From: Armatimonadota bacterium
GTDB lineage: Bacteria > Armatimonadota > Hebobacteria > CAIYQO01
NCBI GenBank assembly: GCA_038248345.1
Contig: JBBRXO010000017.1
Location: forward strand, 1 to 33,941
Direction of reading: 5' to 3'
DNA: 33,941 nucleotides
Both the position numbers and the translations under genes were made by a program. This document shows, piece after piece, positions 25,216 through 33,941 of this stretch. The notes under the pieces are model-generated. The model made no database searches. It was given only the letters and a program-made list of their open reading frames with translations, and was not told the DNA's origin. How positions within the stretch are numbered: position 1 is the stretch's first letter; the number at the start of each line of letters is the position of its first letter.

Positions 25216-26333
25216 GGCCGGTAACCTCCTTCAATAGCCTTTTCTCTAGTATTGAATGATACCCGATTCTGCAGAGCAGGTAATGACGTACAGCTCGGCA
25301 GATGAAAGACTTTACTGTTTTTGTTTCCTATGTACGACATTGAGGTGATATTTGCAGTGCTGGGCGGTAATTCCACACTATTTGATGCAACGCCAGCTGA
25401 AGTCACACTTACGGTATTCCCGTCTGTTGCCACCACCACCGTGCCTTCAATTGAGGTACGATGAATCTCCGCCCCAATCTTCTGCAGCGCGGATATCGCT
25501 TCAGGGTGCGGGTGACCGTAGTCATTCATCAGCGCGCAGGAGATGATGGCATATTGGGGATGTACTGCACGTGCAAAGCTATCATCGGTGCCATTACGAG
25601 ACCCGTGGTGTGCCACCTTCAGCACGGTACTTGCTGGCCATCTACCCACGCTCGTACGCTCTGCTTGTTCCATATCTCCGGTGAGCAAATAACTGATGTT
25701 CCCATAAGTGAGCCGGATGACCAGGCTATTATCATTGACATTTTCTGTTATACGAAGCGGAGCCAAAACCACAGCACGCGCCGCACCAAACTGCATCGAC
25801 TTCCCCGCGGTAACTTTCTCATAAGCGATATTTTTACTCTGCACCTGAGCCAGGTAATTACGCTGCACCGGCGAGCCGTGATTGAAGCCACTATCCCACA
25901 CTGTACCGACACTCACTGCGTTATGCACGGCGATCATTCCGCCGATGTGATCCTCATGCGGATGGGTGGCCACGATTAAGTCGATATTCCCCAACCCCTG
26001 CGCATGCAAGTAATTCACCACTGCTGCGCCGTGATCACCTGGTCCGGCGTCCACCAGCATCGTCTGGCCATTAGGGAACTGCACCAGGATACTATCCCCC
26101 TGCCCGACGTCAATGACGCTCATCGTCATCTTGCCGGTTGTTACAACTAGAGGTGATGAGGGAACTGGGTCAAGTGGGGATCCTGCTGGAGCCGTAACTG
26201 TTGAATTAGGCATTACTGGTGGAGAAGGCTGCGTTTTGACGACATCTCGCATTAATCTGCCGATGAGGAATATCAACAGACAGAGAACCGCAATAATTAT
26301 GAAGAAAACGGACGCTCTGAATGTTTTGTTCAT
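25194..26333 (-). CDS. ComEC/Rec2-like MBL-fold hydrolase with C-terminal Ada-type Zn domain
   Basis: IDVGQGDS, THPHEDHIGG, LLTGD, LKVAHHGS, YGHPH; C-terminal GNKNSKVFHLPSC...GYRPCPRC; N-terminal TM. Confidence 0.9.
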   Translation of the reverse strand: MNKTFRASVFFIIIAVLCLLIFLIGRLMRDVVKTQPSPPVMPNSTVTAPAGSPLDPVPSSPLVVTTGKMTMSVIDVGQGDSILVQFPNGQTMLVDAGPGDHGAAVVNYLHAQGLGNIDLIVATHPHEDHIGGMIAVHNAVSVGTVWDSGFNHGSPVQRNYLAQVQSKNIAYEKVTAGKSMQFGAARAVVLAPLRITENVNDNSLVIRLTYGNISYLLTGDMEQAERTSVGRWPASTVLKVAHHGSRNGTDDSFARAVHPQYAIISCALMNDYGHPHPEAISALQKIGAEIHRTSIEGTVVVATDGNTVSVTSAGVASNSVELPPSTANITSMSYIGNKNSKVFHLPSCTSLPALQNRVSFNTREKAIEGGYRPCPRCQP

Positions 26334-26347
26334 TATTTTCCGCCTGC

Positions 26348-27334
26348 CTACATCCGCCGGATACGCTCGATACGCTCATCAATAGGCGGGTGGGTGCTGA
26401 ACATATTATTGAGCCAGCTTTTGTGTTCCAACAACGGATTGGAGATATAAAGCTGAGCAGTGGCTTTGTTTACCACTGATAATGGCTCCGGATCAGCAGA
26501 TATCGCTGCCAGCGCACCTGCCAAGCCATCGGGATAGCGGGTTAGCTTCACAGCATTGGCATCCGCCAGGTATTCGCGATTGCGCGAGATTGCCAGTTGC
26601 ATCAGTTGCGCAATAATCGGGGCCAGGATAATTGCTATGAGCGCGACAATGAGCATGACCGGGTTACGGTTTCCTCCGCTATCGCCATCATCGCGGTCTT
26701 CTCCCCGACCACCGCCGAAAAACATCGCGCGCATCGCCCAGTCACCCAATAACACAATCACGCCCACCATTACCGCCGCAACCGTAGAAAGCAGGATATC
26801 GCGGTTGCCTACGTGGCTAAGCTCATGTGCCAGCACACCTTCAAGCTGATAGCGATCCAGCTTTTTTAGCAATCCAGTAGTTACCGCCACCGCGGAATGT
26901 TCGGGATCGCGGCCAGTGGCAAAGGCATTAGGGGCACTATCAAAGATAACAAACGCACGCGGTACAGATTTCAACCCGGCCGCCAGCGCCAGCCCCTCCA
27001 GGGTATTCACTAAATGGGGGTACTCTTCCCTAGTCGCCGGGTATGCCTGCGACATAGTGAGCACGAGTTGATCCGAGTAGTAATAGCTATAATAGCTCAT
27101 AAAGAAGGAGATTACCGCCGCCACTGCCGCCATGATGTAGGCGATAGTCCCGGAACTCAGCAATACCCCGATGGCGTATACCATGCCGATGAGAAGGATG
27201 CTGAAGCAGAGCATCAGCACAATGGTTCCGCGCTTATTGTGAGCTATCTGGTCTTCAAACAACCAAGGCTCGCGCAGTTTCTCCGGCGGTGTGTAACCAC
27301 CGGTAGTGTCTATCTGTCGATCATTATACGGCAT
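26348..27334 (-). CDS. htpX: M48 family zinc metalloprotease HtpX
   Basis: PNAFATGRDP, AVTTGLL, HELSH, SRNREYLADA, FSTHPPIDERI. Confidence 0.93.
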   Translation of the reverse strand: MPYNDRQIDTTGGYTPPEKLREPWLFEDQIAHNKRGTIVLMLCFSILLIGMVYAIGVLLSSGTIAYIMAAVAAVISFFMSYYSYYYSDQLVLTMSQAYPATREEYPHLVNTLEGLALAAGLKSVPRAFVIFDSAPNAFATGRDPEHSAVAVTTGLLKKLDRYQLEGVLAHELSHVGNRDILLSTVAAVMVGVIVLLGDWAMRAMFFGGGRGEDRDDGDSGGNRNPVMLIVALIAIILAPIIAQLMQLAISRNREYLADANAVKLTRYPDGLAGALAAISADPEPLSVVNKATAQLYISNPLLEHKSWLNNMFSTHPPIDERIERIRRM

Positions 27335-27346
27335 TTTTCATCCTTG

Positions 27347-28390
27347 CTATTGTTTGCCACCCAGCCAGTTCATAATTGGATTCGCAGCGTCAGGTTGGAA
27401 AATTGCCCATACCATCCCGACGACGATGAGCAAAAGTAGAAATGCCTTGCCCAAATCCTGGCCCACCAGGCTCCCCAGTTGCGTTGGCTCCTTGGAGAGA
27501 TAGGCGCTGGCAGCGTAAAATTCATCGCCGATGAGCGTGTAGTCGCAGGTGACGACGAAGAACGGTGTCTGGATCAGGTCGGGCGTCCCCGCCACCTGAA
27601 TGGCTCCTACTGCCTGCCCGTTTTCCGCCAGAATGAGTGATTCGGCATAAAACTGCCCGAAGAGGAAGGAAGCGCCCGGCTTGTTGCGATGCATGATACC
27701 GGTGACACCCGCCGCATAAGCAAATTGCCGATCGGAGAGGAAGCGTACATCTTCTTCACGGTAGCGTTCCGGCACGCCCTCCGAGGCGTATACTTCACGC
27801 AATACTTGTTCGGTAACCGGCATCATCGACTGATCGCACACCGGCACGATAAAACGGGTACCATACCTGGCAGCATACCGGGCTATATGGCTGCCGATGG
27901 AGAGGGCCTGCAGGCTGATAATACTTAAGCCCGCCAGACCGCTACTGAAAATAATGGGACGCCCCATCTCGGTGGCGCGTCCGATTGCTTCATCTATGGC
28001 ATTGAGGCCCGCTATGCGACGGATAAAGGGCAAGCGCCCCATTTGTGCCGTGACTATGGTTATCACAATCACTACCGCGATAACTGATAATATTGTAGTG
28101 ATGAACATGTTGGTATGTTCCAAGGATTTACCGTCGAAAGACGCTGGATTCTCCCACCCTAATGCCACGATCAGGTAAGAAAACCCTGCTATGAATAGCA
28201 CACCTGTGGCGAAAAGCATCAGCTCCAGCGGCCACTTAGCCAGGCGGTCAATAAAGCGCCGGGTACTCCCCGTAGCTCCTGCGGAGGTAGTAACCGTAAG
28301 CTTCGCCCCACATTCCAGGCATTGCAATGCAGTACCTGAAACTATCGAGCCACATTCCGGGCAATTTACACTATTATCTTTTTCCGCCAT
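27347..28390 (-). CDS. Membrane protein with N-terminal Zn ribbon and DUF6754-like domain
   Basis: CPEC-x10-CLEC, two N-terminal TMs, IRRIAGLNAIDEAIGRATEMGRP, ESLILAE, DYTLIGDEFYAASAYLS, C-terminal TM; family recalled from motifs. Confidence 0.75.
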   Translation of the reverse strand: MAEKDNSVNCPECGSIVSGTALQCLECGAKLTVTTSAGATGSTRRFIDRLAKWPLELMLFATGVLFIAGFSYLIVALGWENPASFDGKSLEHTNMFITTILSVIAVVIVITIVTAQMGRLPFIRRIAGLNAIDEAIGRATEMGRPIIFSSGLAGLSIISLQALSIGSHIARYAARYGTRFIVPVCDQSMMPVTEQVLREVYASEGVPERYREEDVRFLSDRQFAYAAGVTGIMHRNKPGASFLFGQFYAESLILAENGQAVGAIQVAGTPDLIQTPFFVVTCDYTLIGDEFYAASAYLSKEPTQLGSLVGQDLGKAFLLLLIVVGMVWAIFQPDAANPIMNWLGGKQ

Positions 28391-28395
28391 CTGCG

Positions 28396-28752
28396 TCACC
28401 TCTTCTTCGCTGGTGATTCTGGATTATTATCTTCTACGAGGGGTGTCGTATCTCCTGTTTTTTGCGCATCTAATTCTTCTATTCGTGTGATTAAACGCTC
28501 AACAAAAGCACGGTCAGCGAGTAAATCAGCATATTTTTCCAACCGCATGGGTGAGATAAAGCTTCCGAGTAACGGCGTAGAAACGATAGCAGCTTGACCA
28601 GTGATGAATCCCACCGGTTTCATCGTTTCAAAGAAGAGAATTGCCGGTGCGGTCATATTCTCTTTCACCAGTCGTTGTGCAAGCTCTTCCAGCGTCGCCG
28701 CGTCATCCTCCACCGGCAAGTCACGCACGATATTCAGCCAGTTCTTCAGCAT
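28396..28752 (-). CDS. Conserved hypothetical protein
   Basis: 118 aa, APAILFFETMKPVGFITGQ segment; start overlaps the upstream stop. Confidence 0.75.
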   Translation of the reverse strand: MLKNWLNIVRDLPVEDDAATLEELAQRLVKENMTAPAILFFETMKPVGFITGQAAIVSTPLLGSFISPMRLEKYADLLADRAFVERLITRIEELDAQKTGDTTPLVEDNNPESPAKKR

Positions 28753-29195
28753 TCTTCTTCCTCCACATATTCTGCACCTGCCTGCTGCAACCATTCACTG
28801 ATCAATGACTTAACCTTGTCATCATCCAACACCTGCAGCAAAACTCCACGATATGCGTCTAATGGACTATTCCTCGACAAGGGACTCAGCTTTATCGCAT
28901 GCGGAAAAATTATGACCCGCCGCACCCGCGTCCAGGGTATCACCCGATGACAACCCCAAAAGCGCAAATGAGCGCCGCCCTGATCCAATATATAGGTAAC
29001 GGGCAACAGGAATTCCGCCACCGAACCGAGGAGCAATAACCCAGCCAGCGCAATAATAACCGGATGTGCCCCCAGTATATTAACGCCTGCCATACCACAG
29101 ATTATCACAGCCACCACCACCAGGCCACGTAGCGGACGTTGTGCGGCCTGATGAATTGTCCAACTTATCGGTTCTGGCACGATTTTATCTCCCAT
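28746..29195 (-). CDS. Hypothetical membrane protein (2 TM plus possible bacterial PH-like domain)
   Basis: Two hydrophobic helices, then beta-rich YILDQGGAHL...IPWTRVRRV...LSPLSRNSPLDAYRG; candidate promoter TAGACA-17-TATAAG upstream. Confidence 0.75.
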   Translation of the reverse strand: MGDKIVPEPISWTIHQAAQRPLRGLVVVAVIICGMAGVNILGAHPVIIALAGLLLLGSVAEFLLPVTYILDQGGAHLRFWGCHRVIPWTRVRRVIIFPHAIKLSPLSRNSPLDAYRGVLLQVLDDDKVKSLISEWLQQAGAEYVEEEEC

Positions 29196-29325
29196 CTCTG
29201 AATTACTTATACCAACGATTCCGGTGGCTGTCTAGTGTCAATGACTCATTTGTCCTCCCACCCCTTCACAACATGCCTGTAATACCATTATAATCGGGGT
29301 AGAACTTCCTCAACTGAAAGAGCGC

Positions 29326-29778
29326 ATGAAAAAATATATCATTTATACCGACGGCTCCTGTAAAGGCAACCCTGGTCCGGGTGCTGCCGCATTGGTTATC
29401 TGTTCACCCGAAGGTAATATTATCAAGGAATTCGTGAAAGCTTATCCTGATACCACCAACAACAGGATGGAGATGCAGGCGGCTATTGGGGCATTGAAGG
29501 TGGCATCATATAGCGACCTTACAATCATCACGGATAGCCAGTATGTCATCAAAGGGATCACTACCTGGGTGGCGGGATGGAAAAAGAAGAATTGGATGAA
29601 CAGCCAACGCAAGCCAGTGGAGAATCGCGACCTCTGGGAAGAGATGGATGCACTGGTTTGCGCACATCAGGGCCCACTTGAGTGGAAATGGGTGCGTGGC
29701 CACCACGGTAGCCCAGGGAACGAACGCGCCGATACCCTGGCCCAACAAGCCGCGGAGGAGCTGGCTAAAGCTCGTTAA
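29326..29778 (+). CDS. rnhA: Ribonuclease HI
   Basis: YTDGSCKGNPGPG, TTNNRMEM, TDSQYV, PVENRDLW, WVRGH, GNERAD. Confidence 0.97.
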   Translation: MKKYIIYTDGSCKGNPGPGAAALVICSPEGNIIKEFVKAYPDTTNNRMEMQAAIGALKVASYSDLTIITDSQYVIKGITTWVAGWKKKNWMNSQRKPVENRDLWEEMDALVCAHQGPLEWKWVRGHHGSPGNERADTLAQQAAEELAKAR

Positions 29779-31486
29779 TTACCGGGATCACCATCGGACG
29801 ACGCTTGGTGCGCTCGAAGACGAATTTATTCAGCGCGCTGCGTACCGAGGTTTTCACCACATCCTGATCAGCTACCCCATTGGTTCTGATTTTGCCGATA
29901 GCTTCGCGGATAACCTTTTTCGCATCTTCCAGCAATTCTTCGGATTCAGCAGCAAAGATGAAGCCACGGGTGACGATCTCCGGTTCGCCTATCACTTCAC
30001 CCGTCTGTTCATTTACGTTCACTACGGCGATGAACATACCATCTTCGCTCAGATGCAAGCGGTCACGTAACACCGCGGTGCCAATATCGCCAACGCCCAG
30101 CCCGTCGATCATTACACGCCCGGCCTGCACTTTGCCGACAATCTGCGCACTTTGGGTAGTCAACTCCAGCACATCACCGCTGTGCATAAGCATCACGCGC
30201 TCCGCCGGATAACCCATGGTACCGGCGAGTTTGCGATAAGCTACCATGTGACGATATTCGCCGTGCATGGGAATAGTGAACTTCGGCGAGGTCAGCGTCA
30301 GCATCATCTTCAGCTCTTCCTGGTTGCCGTGACCGCTTACATGCACTTTTCCCTGATAAATAACTTCGGCCCCCTGGCGGAAAAGCTGGTTAATGGTGCG
30401 GTATACCAGGTCTTCATTCCCGGGGATGGGCGTGGCGGACATCACCACCAGATCGCCGCTTTTGATTTTGATGAACTTATGCTCACCGGCAGACATCAAA
30501 CGTAATGCCGAAAGTGGCTCACCTTGTGATCCGGTAGTGAGAACGACAATTTGATCATCTGTCAATTTGGTCAGCTCTTTCGGCTCGACCAGTATATTGG
30601 GGGAGGGCAATTTGACGAAGCCCAGATCGCGAGCGATTTCCATATTGCCCACCATGCTACGCCCCATCACACAGACGCGACGATCATAAGCATGTGCTAC
30701 ATTCAGGATCTCCTGCATTCGGGATATATTGGATGCGAAAGTAGCGATAATGATTCGCCCTTCTGCATCGGCGAAGATCTCATCGAGTGAATCAGCAACT
30801 ACGCGCTCGGTGGTCACCCAGCCGGGCTTCTCCACATTGGTGACGTCAATCATCAGCGCCAACATGCGGGGGCTTGCCGCATTAGCCAGTTTTCCTACCT
30901 CGGTACGTTGCCCGGATAAGGGGGTCTGATCAATTTTGAAGTCACCGCTGTGGACTACACGCCCGGCAGGTGTGTCAATAATCATACCTACGGCATCAGG
31001 AATGGAATGGGTAACGCGGAAGAAAGTGATGGTGAACGGCCCCAGTACCAGTGGCTCTAGGTCAGGGTCGATGATATTCATCTCCGTTTTAGGCAGGTAA
31101 GTATGTTCACTCAGTTTATTACGTAGCAGTCCCAAGGTGAGTTTGGTACCCCACACTGGCACATGCAATTCATTCAACACCCATGGCAGGGCGCCGATAT
31201 GATCCTCGTGTCCATGGGTGAGCAAAATACCATGCACCTTATCGGCATTTTCCAGCAGATAGGTGATGTCGGGGATGACCAGGTCGATACCGAGCATCTC
31301 CTGCTCTGGGAAAAGCAGCCCGGCATCGATGACAATTATCTCTCCGCCATACTCATAGGCGAACATGTTCTTCCCGATTTCGCCGATTCCGCCCAGCGGA
31401 ATAAAGCGAAGCGCCTCCGGGTTCAGCGTCAATGTCGAAGACGGCTGAACCTGGGAATCGGGCAATTCAGTGTAAGTGGAACGCAA
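29765..31486 (-). CDS. rnj: Ribonuclease J
   Basis: PLGGIGEIGKNM, THGHEDHIG, HSIPD, GDFK, FASNISR, TGSQGEP, HVSGH, PMHGEYRH; TTG start with GAGGT RBS. Confidence 0.97.
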   Translation of the reverse strand: MRSTYTELPDSQVQPSSTLTLNPEALRFIPLGGIGEIGKNMFAYEYGGEIIVIDAGLLFPEQEMLGIDLVIPDITYLLENADKVHGILLTHGHEDHIGALPWVLNELHVPVWGTKLTLGLLRNKLSEHTYLPKTEMNIIDPDLEPLVLGPFTITFFRVTHSIPDAVGMIIDTPAGRVVHSGDFKIDQTPLSGQRTEVGKLANAASPRMLALMIDVTNVEKPGWVTTERVVADSLDEIFADAEGRIIIATFASNISRMQEILNVAHAYDRRVCVMGRSMVGNMEIARDLGFVKLPSPNILVEPKELTKLTDDQIVVLTTGSQGEPLSALRLMSAGEHKFIKIKSGDLVVMSATPIPGNEDLVYRTINQLFRQGAEVIYQGKVHVSGHGNQEELKMMLTLTSPKFTIPMHGEYRHMVAYRKLAGTMGYPAERVMLMHSGDVLELTTQSAQIVGKVQAGRVMIDGLGVGDIGTAVLRDRLHLSEDGMFIAVVNVNEQTGEVIGEPEIVTRGFIFAAESEELLEDAKKVIREAIGKIRTNGVADQDVVKTSVRSALNKFVFERTKRRPMVIPVINEL

Positions 31487-31606
31487 ATTTCTACCTCATT
31501 ATATCTATTTAATCACAGACATTATACCGCATCTGGGCAGATATGGCGAATAGCGGCTATATACGTACGGAGAAATGATAAGGAAAGACGACGATGTGAG
31601 CTGTCG

Positions 31607-32044
31607 TCAGCCACCTGCTTTGGGCGTTGTTGAGATGATAATCTCATTGGCCAGTTCTGCCGCGGCCTTTTCGGCGGCAGCTTTTTCATATTTCTCAACT
31701 TCCTGGCCGACATGCAAGGCAATACGCGTCTCAATTTTCTTGATCAGCTGCTCATAAAGCCGCTTGGCGATGGCCTCATTTTTCACATCACCGACTAATT
31801 GATTGGCGATAATCAGGCGATAGAAGGCTGACTCCGTTTTTTGCTCATATATATCCGTGGTGACCGCGAGCATTTTCATCAATTGAACCTGCTTGCCGTC
31901 TGTCCCCTTCGCTTTAAATGTCAGATAATCTGGGTTCTTCGGACCCTCGTTGAGGGTAATCTCCCAATCAAGCTCCGGGATGTCCAGCAGTTCGCTGTAC
32001 TCGCCTGCCCCAAATATTGAACTAAAAAAACCACCTATGCCCAT
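31607..32044 (-). CDS. Hypothetical protein
   Basis: 145 aa from MGIGG; GAAAGG RBS; no motif recognised. Confidence 0.7.
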   Translation of the reverse strand: MGIGGFFSSIFGAGEYSELLDIPELDWEITLNEGPKNPDYLTFKAKGTDGKQVQLMKMLAVTTDIYEQKTESAFYRLIIANQLVGDVKNEAIAKRLYEQLIKKIETRIALHVGQEVEKYEKAAAEKAAAELANEIIISTTPKAGG

Positions 32045-32072
32045 TTTACGTCCTTTCAACCTGATGAATATG

Positions 32073-32792
32073 CTAAAACACTGGATCAATAATAGATATT
32101 GAAGCTGGCAATTTATTCCTCACCGATATTTTGGAACTAAAAGCACTTAGGTAAGTATAGCTTTTTTCTTTCCCCTGGACACCCAGTACAACGGACTCTA
32201 TTCCGTATATCTGCGAACTATCCTTACCACCATAAAACAGATTTAATCCCTTTATACCTTTCGCAATTCTCTGTCGACTGGTAGTAGTTACTGCTCCAGT
32301 AACCATATTCTCATCGAATATTTGCATCCAAAGATAGAACACCGTGTTCTGGTTTGCCTGCAGGTTAATATAGCTTACACTATATACAGATATTCCATTC
32401 ACATCTGATATATAGTATCTTCTAACACCTATGTATTTTGTCCCGTTAACCACTGCATCCATTTTAGGCATTAGTGGTACGGCATTCCTCATAGCGCCAT
32501 TGGCATATGTACTTGTATCGGCGACCATATGTGCAGGATAAATGATGATCCAAGCCTGATCTGTATCACCTGCAGCAGGGGCATTAATATATGCGGCAGT
32601 ACGTATATCGTTAGTAATTCTACTCAGTGCATCATATGCTGCCGGAGACGCTTGTGAGCGTGCACTATTCTTCATCCATACCCGAAAGTAAATTATTGAG
32701 AATGCAACGATAACAACAGCTATTAAAGCTGTGATCGTCGTTGCGATAAGCACTTCCAATAATGTCATACCAACCCGAATTTTCCTTGTCAT
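32073..32792 (-). CDS. Prepilin-type N-terminal cleavage/methylation protein (PilW/GspJ-like minor pilin)
   Basis: Basic leader then G-MTLLE, hydrophobic helix, ALSRITNDIRTA. Confidence 0.85.
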   Translation of the reverse strand: MTRKIRVGMTLLEVLIATTITALIAVVIVAFSIIYFRVWMKNSARSQASPAAYDALSRITNDIRTAAYINAPAAGDTDQAWIIIYPAHMVADTSTYANGAMRNAVPLMPKMDAVVNGTKYIGVRRYYISDVNGISVYSVSYINLQANQNTVFYLWMQIFDENMVTGAVTTTSRQRIAKGIKGLNLFYGGKDSSQIYGIESVVLGVQGKEKSYTYLSAFSSKISVRNKLPASISIIDPVF

Positions 32793-32802
32793 AATTGCAC
32801 CT

Positions 32803-33255
32803 TTATAGTTTGTCTCGATCACTCATATATGTGGTGAGAGATATGGTATTAGTACTATTCTTTGTTCCAGGGAATGTAACGGTAGCGACGACTTGAAGAA
32901 TCATATTCGTTCGCAAATGAGTGTATGAGCCACTATAGAACGTATTGTCATTATAATATGAGCTCACAACACTGAGCGTCCAACCCACTGGAACCGCCTG
33001 TGATGTTGCTGTCAGAGGAATAACCCCTACAGTAGCAGGGTTACCCAAAGTCTTCACGTAGCCATTTTGCCGCACTTCTTCCAGGCGAGAGACTGCCATC
33101 GCCGTCGCCACGGCAATATTCTCTGCTTTTTTATTCGTCAGATATGCTGCATTCATACAATTGGCGGCGGAAACAATTCCCAAGCCTAGAATTAATACAG
33201 CTACCAACACTTCTACGAGTGTCACGCCAGATAAATATTTCTTTCTTCCTTCCAT
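32803..33255 (-). CDS. Prepilin-type protein (PilV/GspI-like minor pilin)
   Basis: Leader MEGRKKYLS then G-VTLVEVLVA, A...LEEVR pattern; AAGGAG RBS. Confidence 0.87.
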   Translation of the reverse strand: MEGRKKYLSGVTLVEVLVAVLILGLGIVSAANCMNAAYLTNKKAENIAVATAMAVSRLEEVRQNGYVKTLGNPATVGVIPLTATSQAVPVGWTLSVVSSYYNDNTFYSGSYTHLRTNMILQVVATVTFPGTKNSTNTISLTTYMSDRDKL

Positions 33256-33265
33256 TCGATTCTCC

Positions 33266-33940
33266 TTAATAAACAATCTGCCAAAATTGCAATGATACCG
33301 AGTCTGTTGAAGGGAATGCCGACAGCGGGCCATTTGCCATCCGCGAATCATACTTGTAGTTTTCATCATACCCCTTCGTGGTTGTTGATCCATTAAATTC
33401 ACCGATAATTGCCGCCGTCTTCACAATCGTACCTCCATTGATAGTCATGGCGCCACGTTTCTGACCATCAACTTGTGCTTGAGTATAGACAGAACCGCCG
33501 GAAGCAATTGATCCATTACTGCCAGTGCCCATTAGTACGCCATCTACGGTCATATCATCAGCAATTGGTGTCCATCTGGCAGTACCATCAGTAACTGTCG
33601 CACCATCGGTCGTCGACCAGCTTGAGGGCGCAGAAGTATTTGATTTGCCAGCCTGGGTGCATAAGTAATAATGTCCATTGAGCGAACCACTGGGCCAAAT
33701 CTTATCACCAACTGCCCGGGTAGCACTCGCTGCCCAAACAGGAGGCTTGGGCGCAGATAGGGCAATAGCATTCGCTACTACACCCATATAAGGAACTCGG
33801 AGATTGAGCGGATCTGTCGGCTGTTTTGTTGCATCGTATTTATGTAGGTACTCTAAGTTATCAGAGATGGTAATGTTCTTTTTTGCTGCCGAAGAATAAT
33901 CTGTGGTAACAGTCCAAGAATTGGCGTTCACAATAACGCC
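33266..33940 (-). CDS. C-terminal part of a PilX/DUF4900-like pilus assembly protein (5' truncated by the window edge)
   Basis: Frame open to the edge; NITISDNLEY, MGVVA, RGAMTINGGTI, GYDENYKYDSRM...FP, W-x-x-x-Y end; sits upstream of two minor pilins. Confidence 0.65.
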   Translation of the reverse strand, partial: GVIVNANSWTVTTDYSSAAKKNITISDNLEYLHKYDATKQPTDPLNLRVPYMGVVANAIALSAPKPPVWAASATRAVGDKIWPSGSLNGHYYLCTQAGKSNTSAPSSWSTTDGATVTDGTARWTPIADDMTVDGVLMGTGSNGSIASGGSVYTQAQVDGQKRGAMTINGGTIVKTAAIIGEFNGSTTTKGYDENYKYDSRMANGPLSAFPSTDSVSLQFWQIVY

Positions 33941-33941
33941 A

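Overview
Gene-dense bacterial chromosomal window that is mostly housekeeping. It holds about 30 CDS and one tRNA-Gln(CUG), with no CRISPR array, rRNA, transposase, integrase or phage gene visible. Recognisable genes are murA, an mlaE-type permease, a class A PBP, dnaX, a Sip1/raffinose-synthase-type GH36, PPi-dependent pfp, an OmpR/HisKA two-component pair, maf, a SurA/PPIase-like TPR protein, coaD, folE2, an araD-like epimerase, an NRAMP-family transporter, htpX, rnhA, rnj, and an AT-rich minor type IV pilin cassette cut by the right edge. Firmicutes-like genes (rnj, DUF3048, DUF3006) alongside diderm genes (MlaE, SurA-like) and prepilins suggest Armatimonadota or a similar diderm Terrabacterium (inference only). 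Best second-look items: (1) a secreted protein of three beta-propeller-like blades with Gly/Met/Pro linkers, upstream of a two-component system whose kinase has a disordered Pro-rich sensor loop and lacks the ExxT phosphatase residue, with an OmpR-type tandem repeat in the promoter; (2) a tightly coupled six-gene membrane operon built around a Zn-ribbon/DUF6754-like protein and HtpX; (3) a nested mosaic of several REP/REPIN-like palindrome families plus heptamer repeats in the first 3.6 kb; (4) a 59-aa membrane protein missing from the ORF track; (5) an integrase arm-site-like repeat after the tRNA; (6) a CBM/phage-tail-like module inside the PilX-like protein. All family names come from motif recognition by eye, not database searches.
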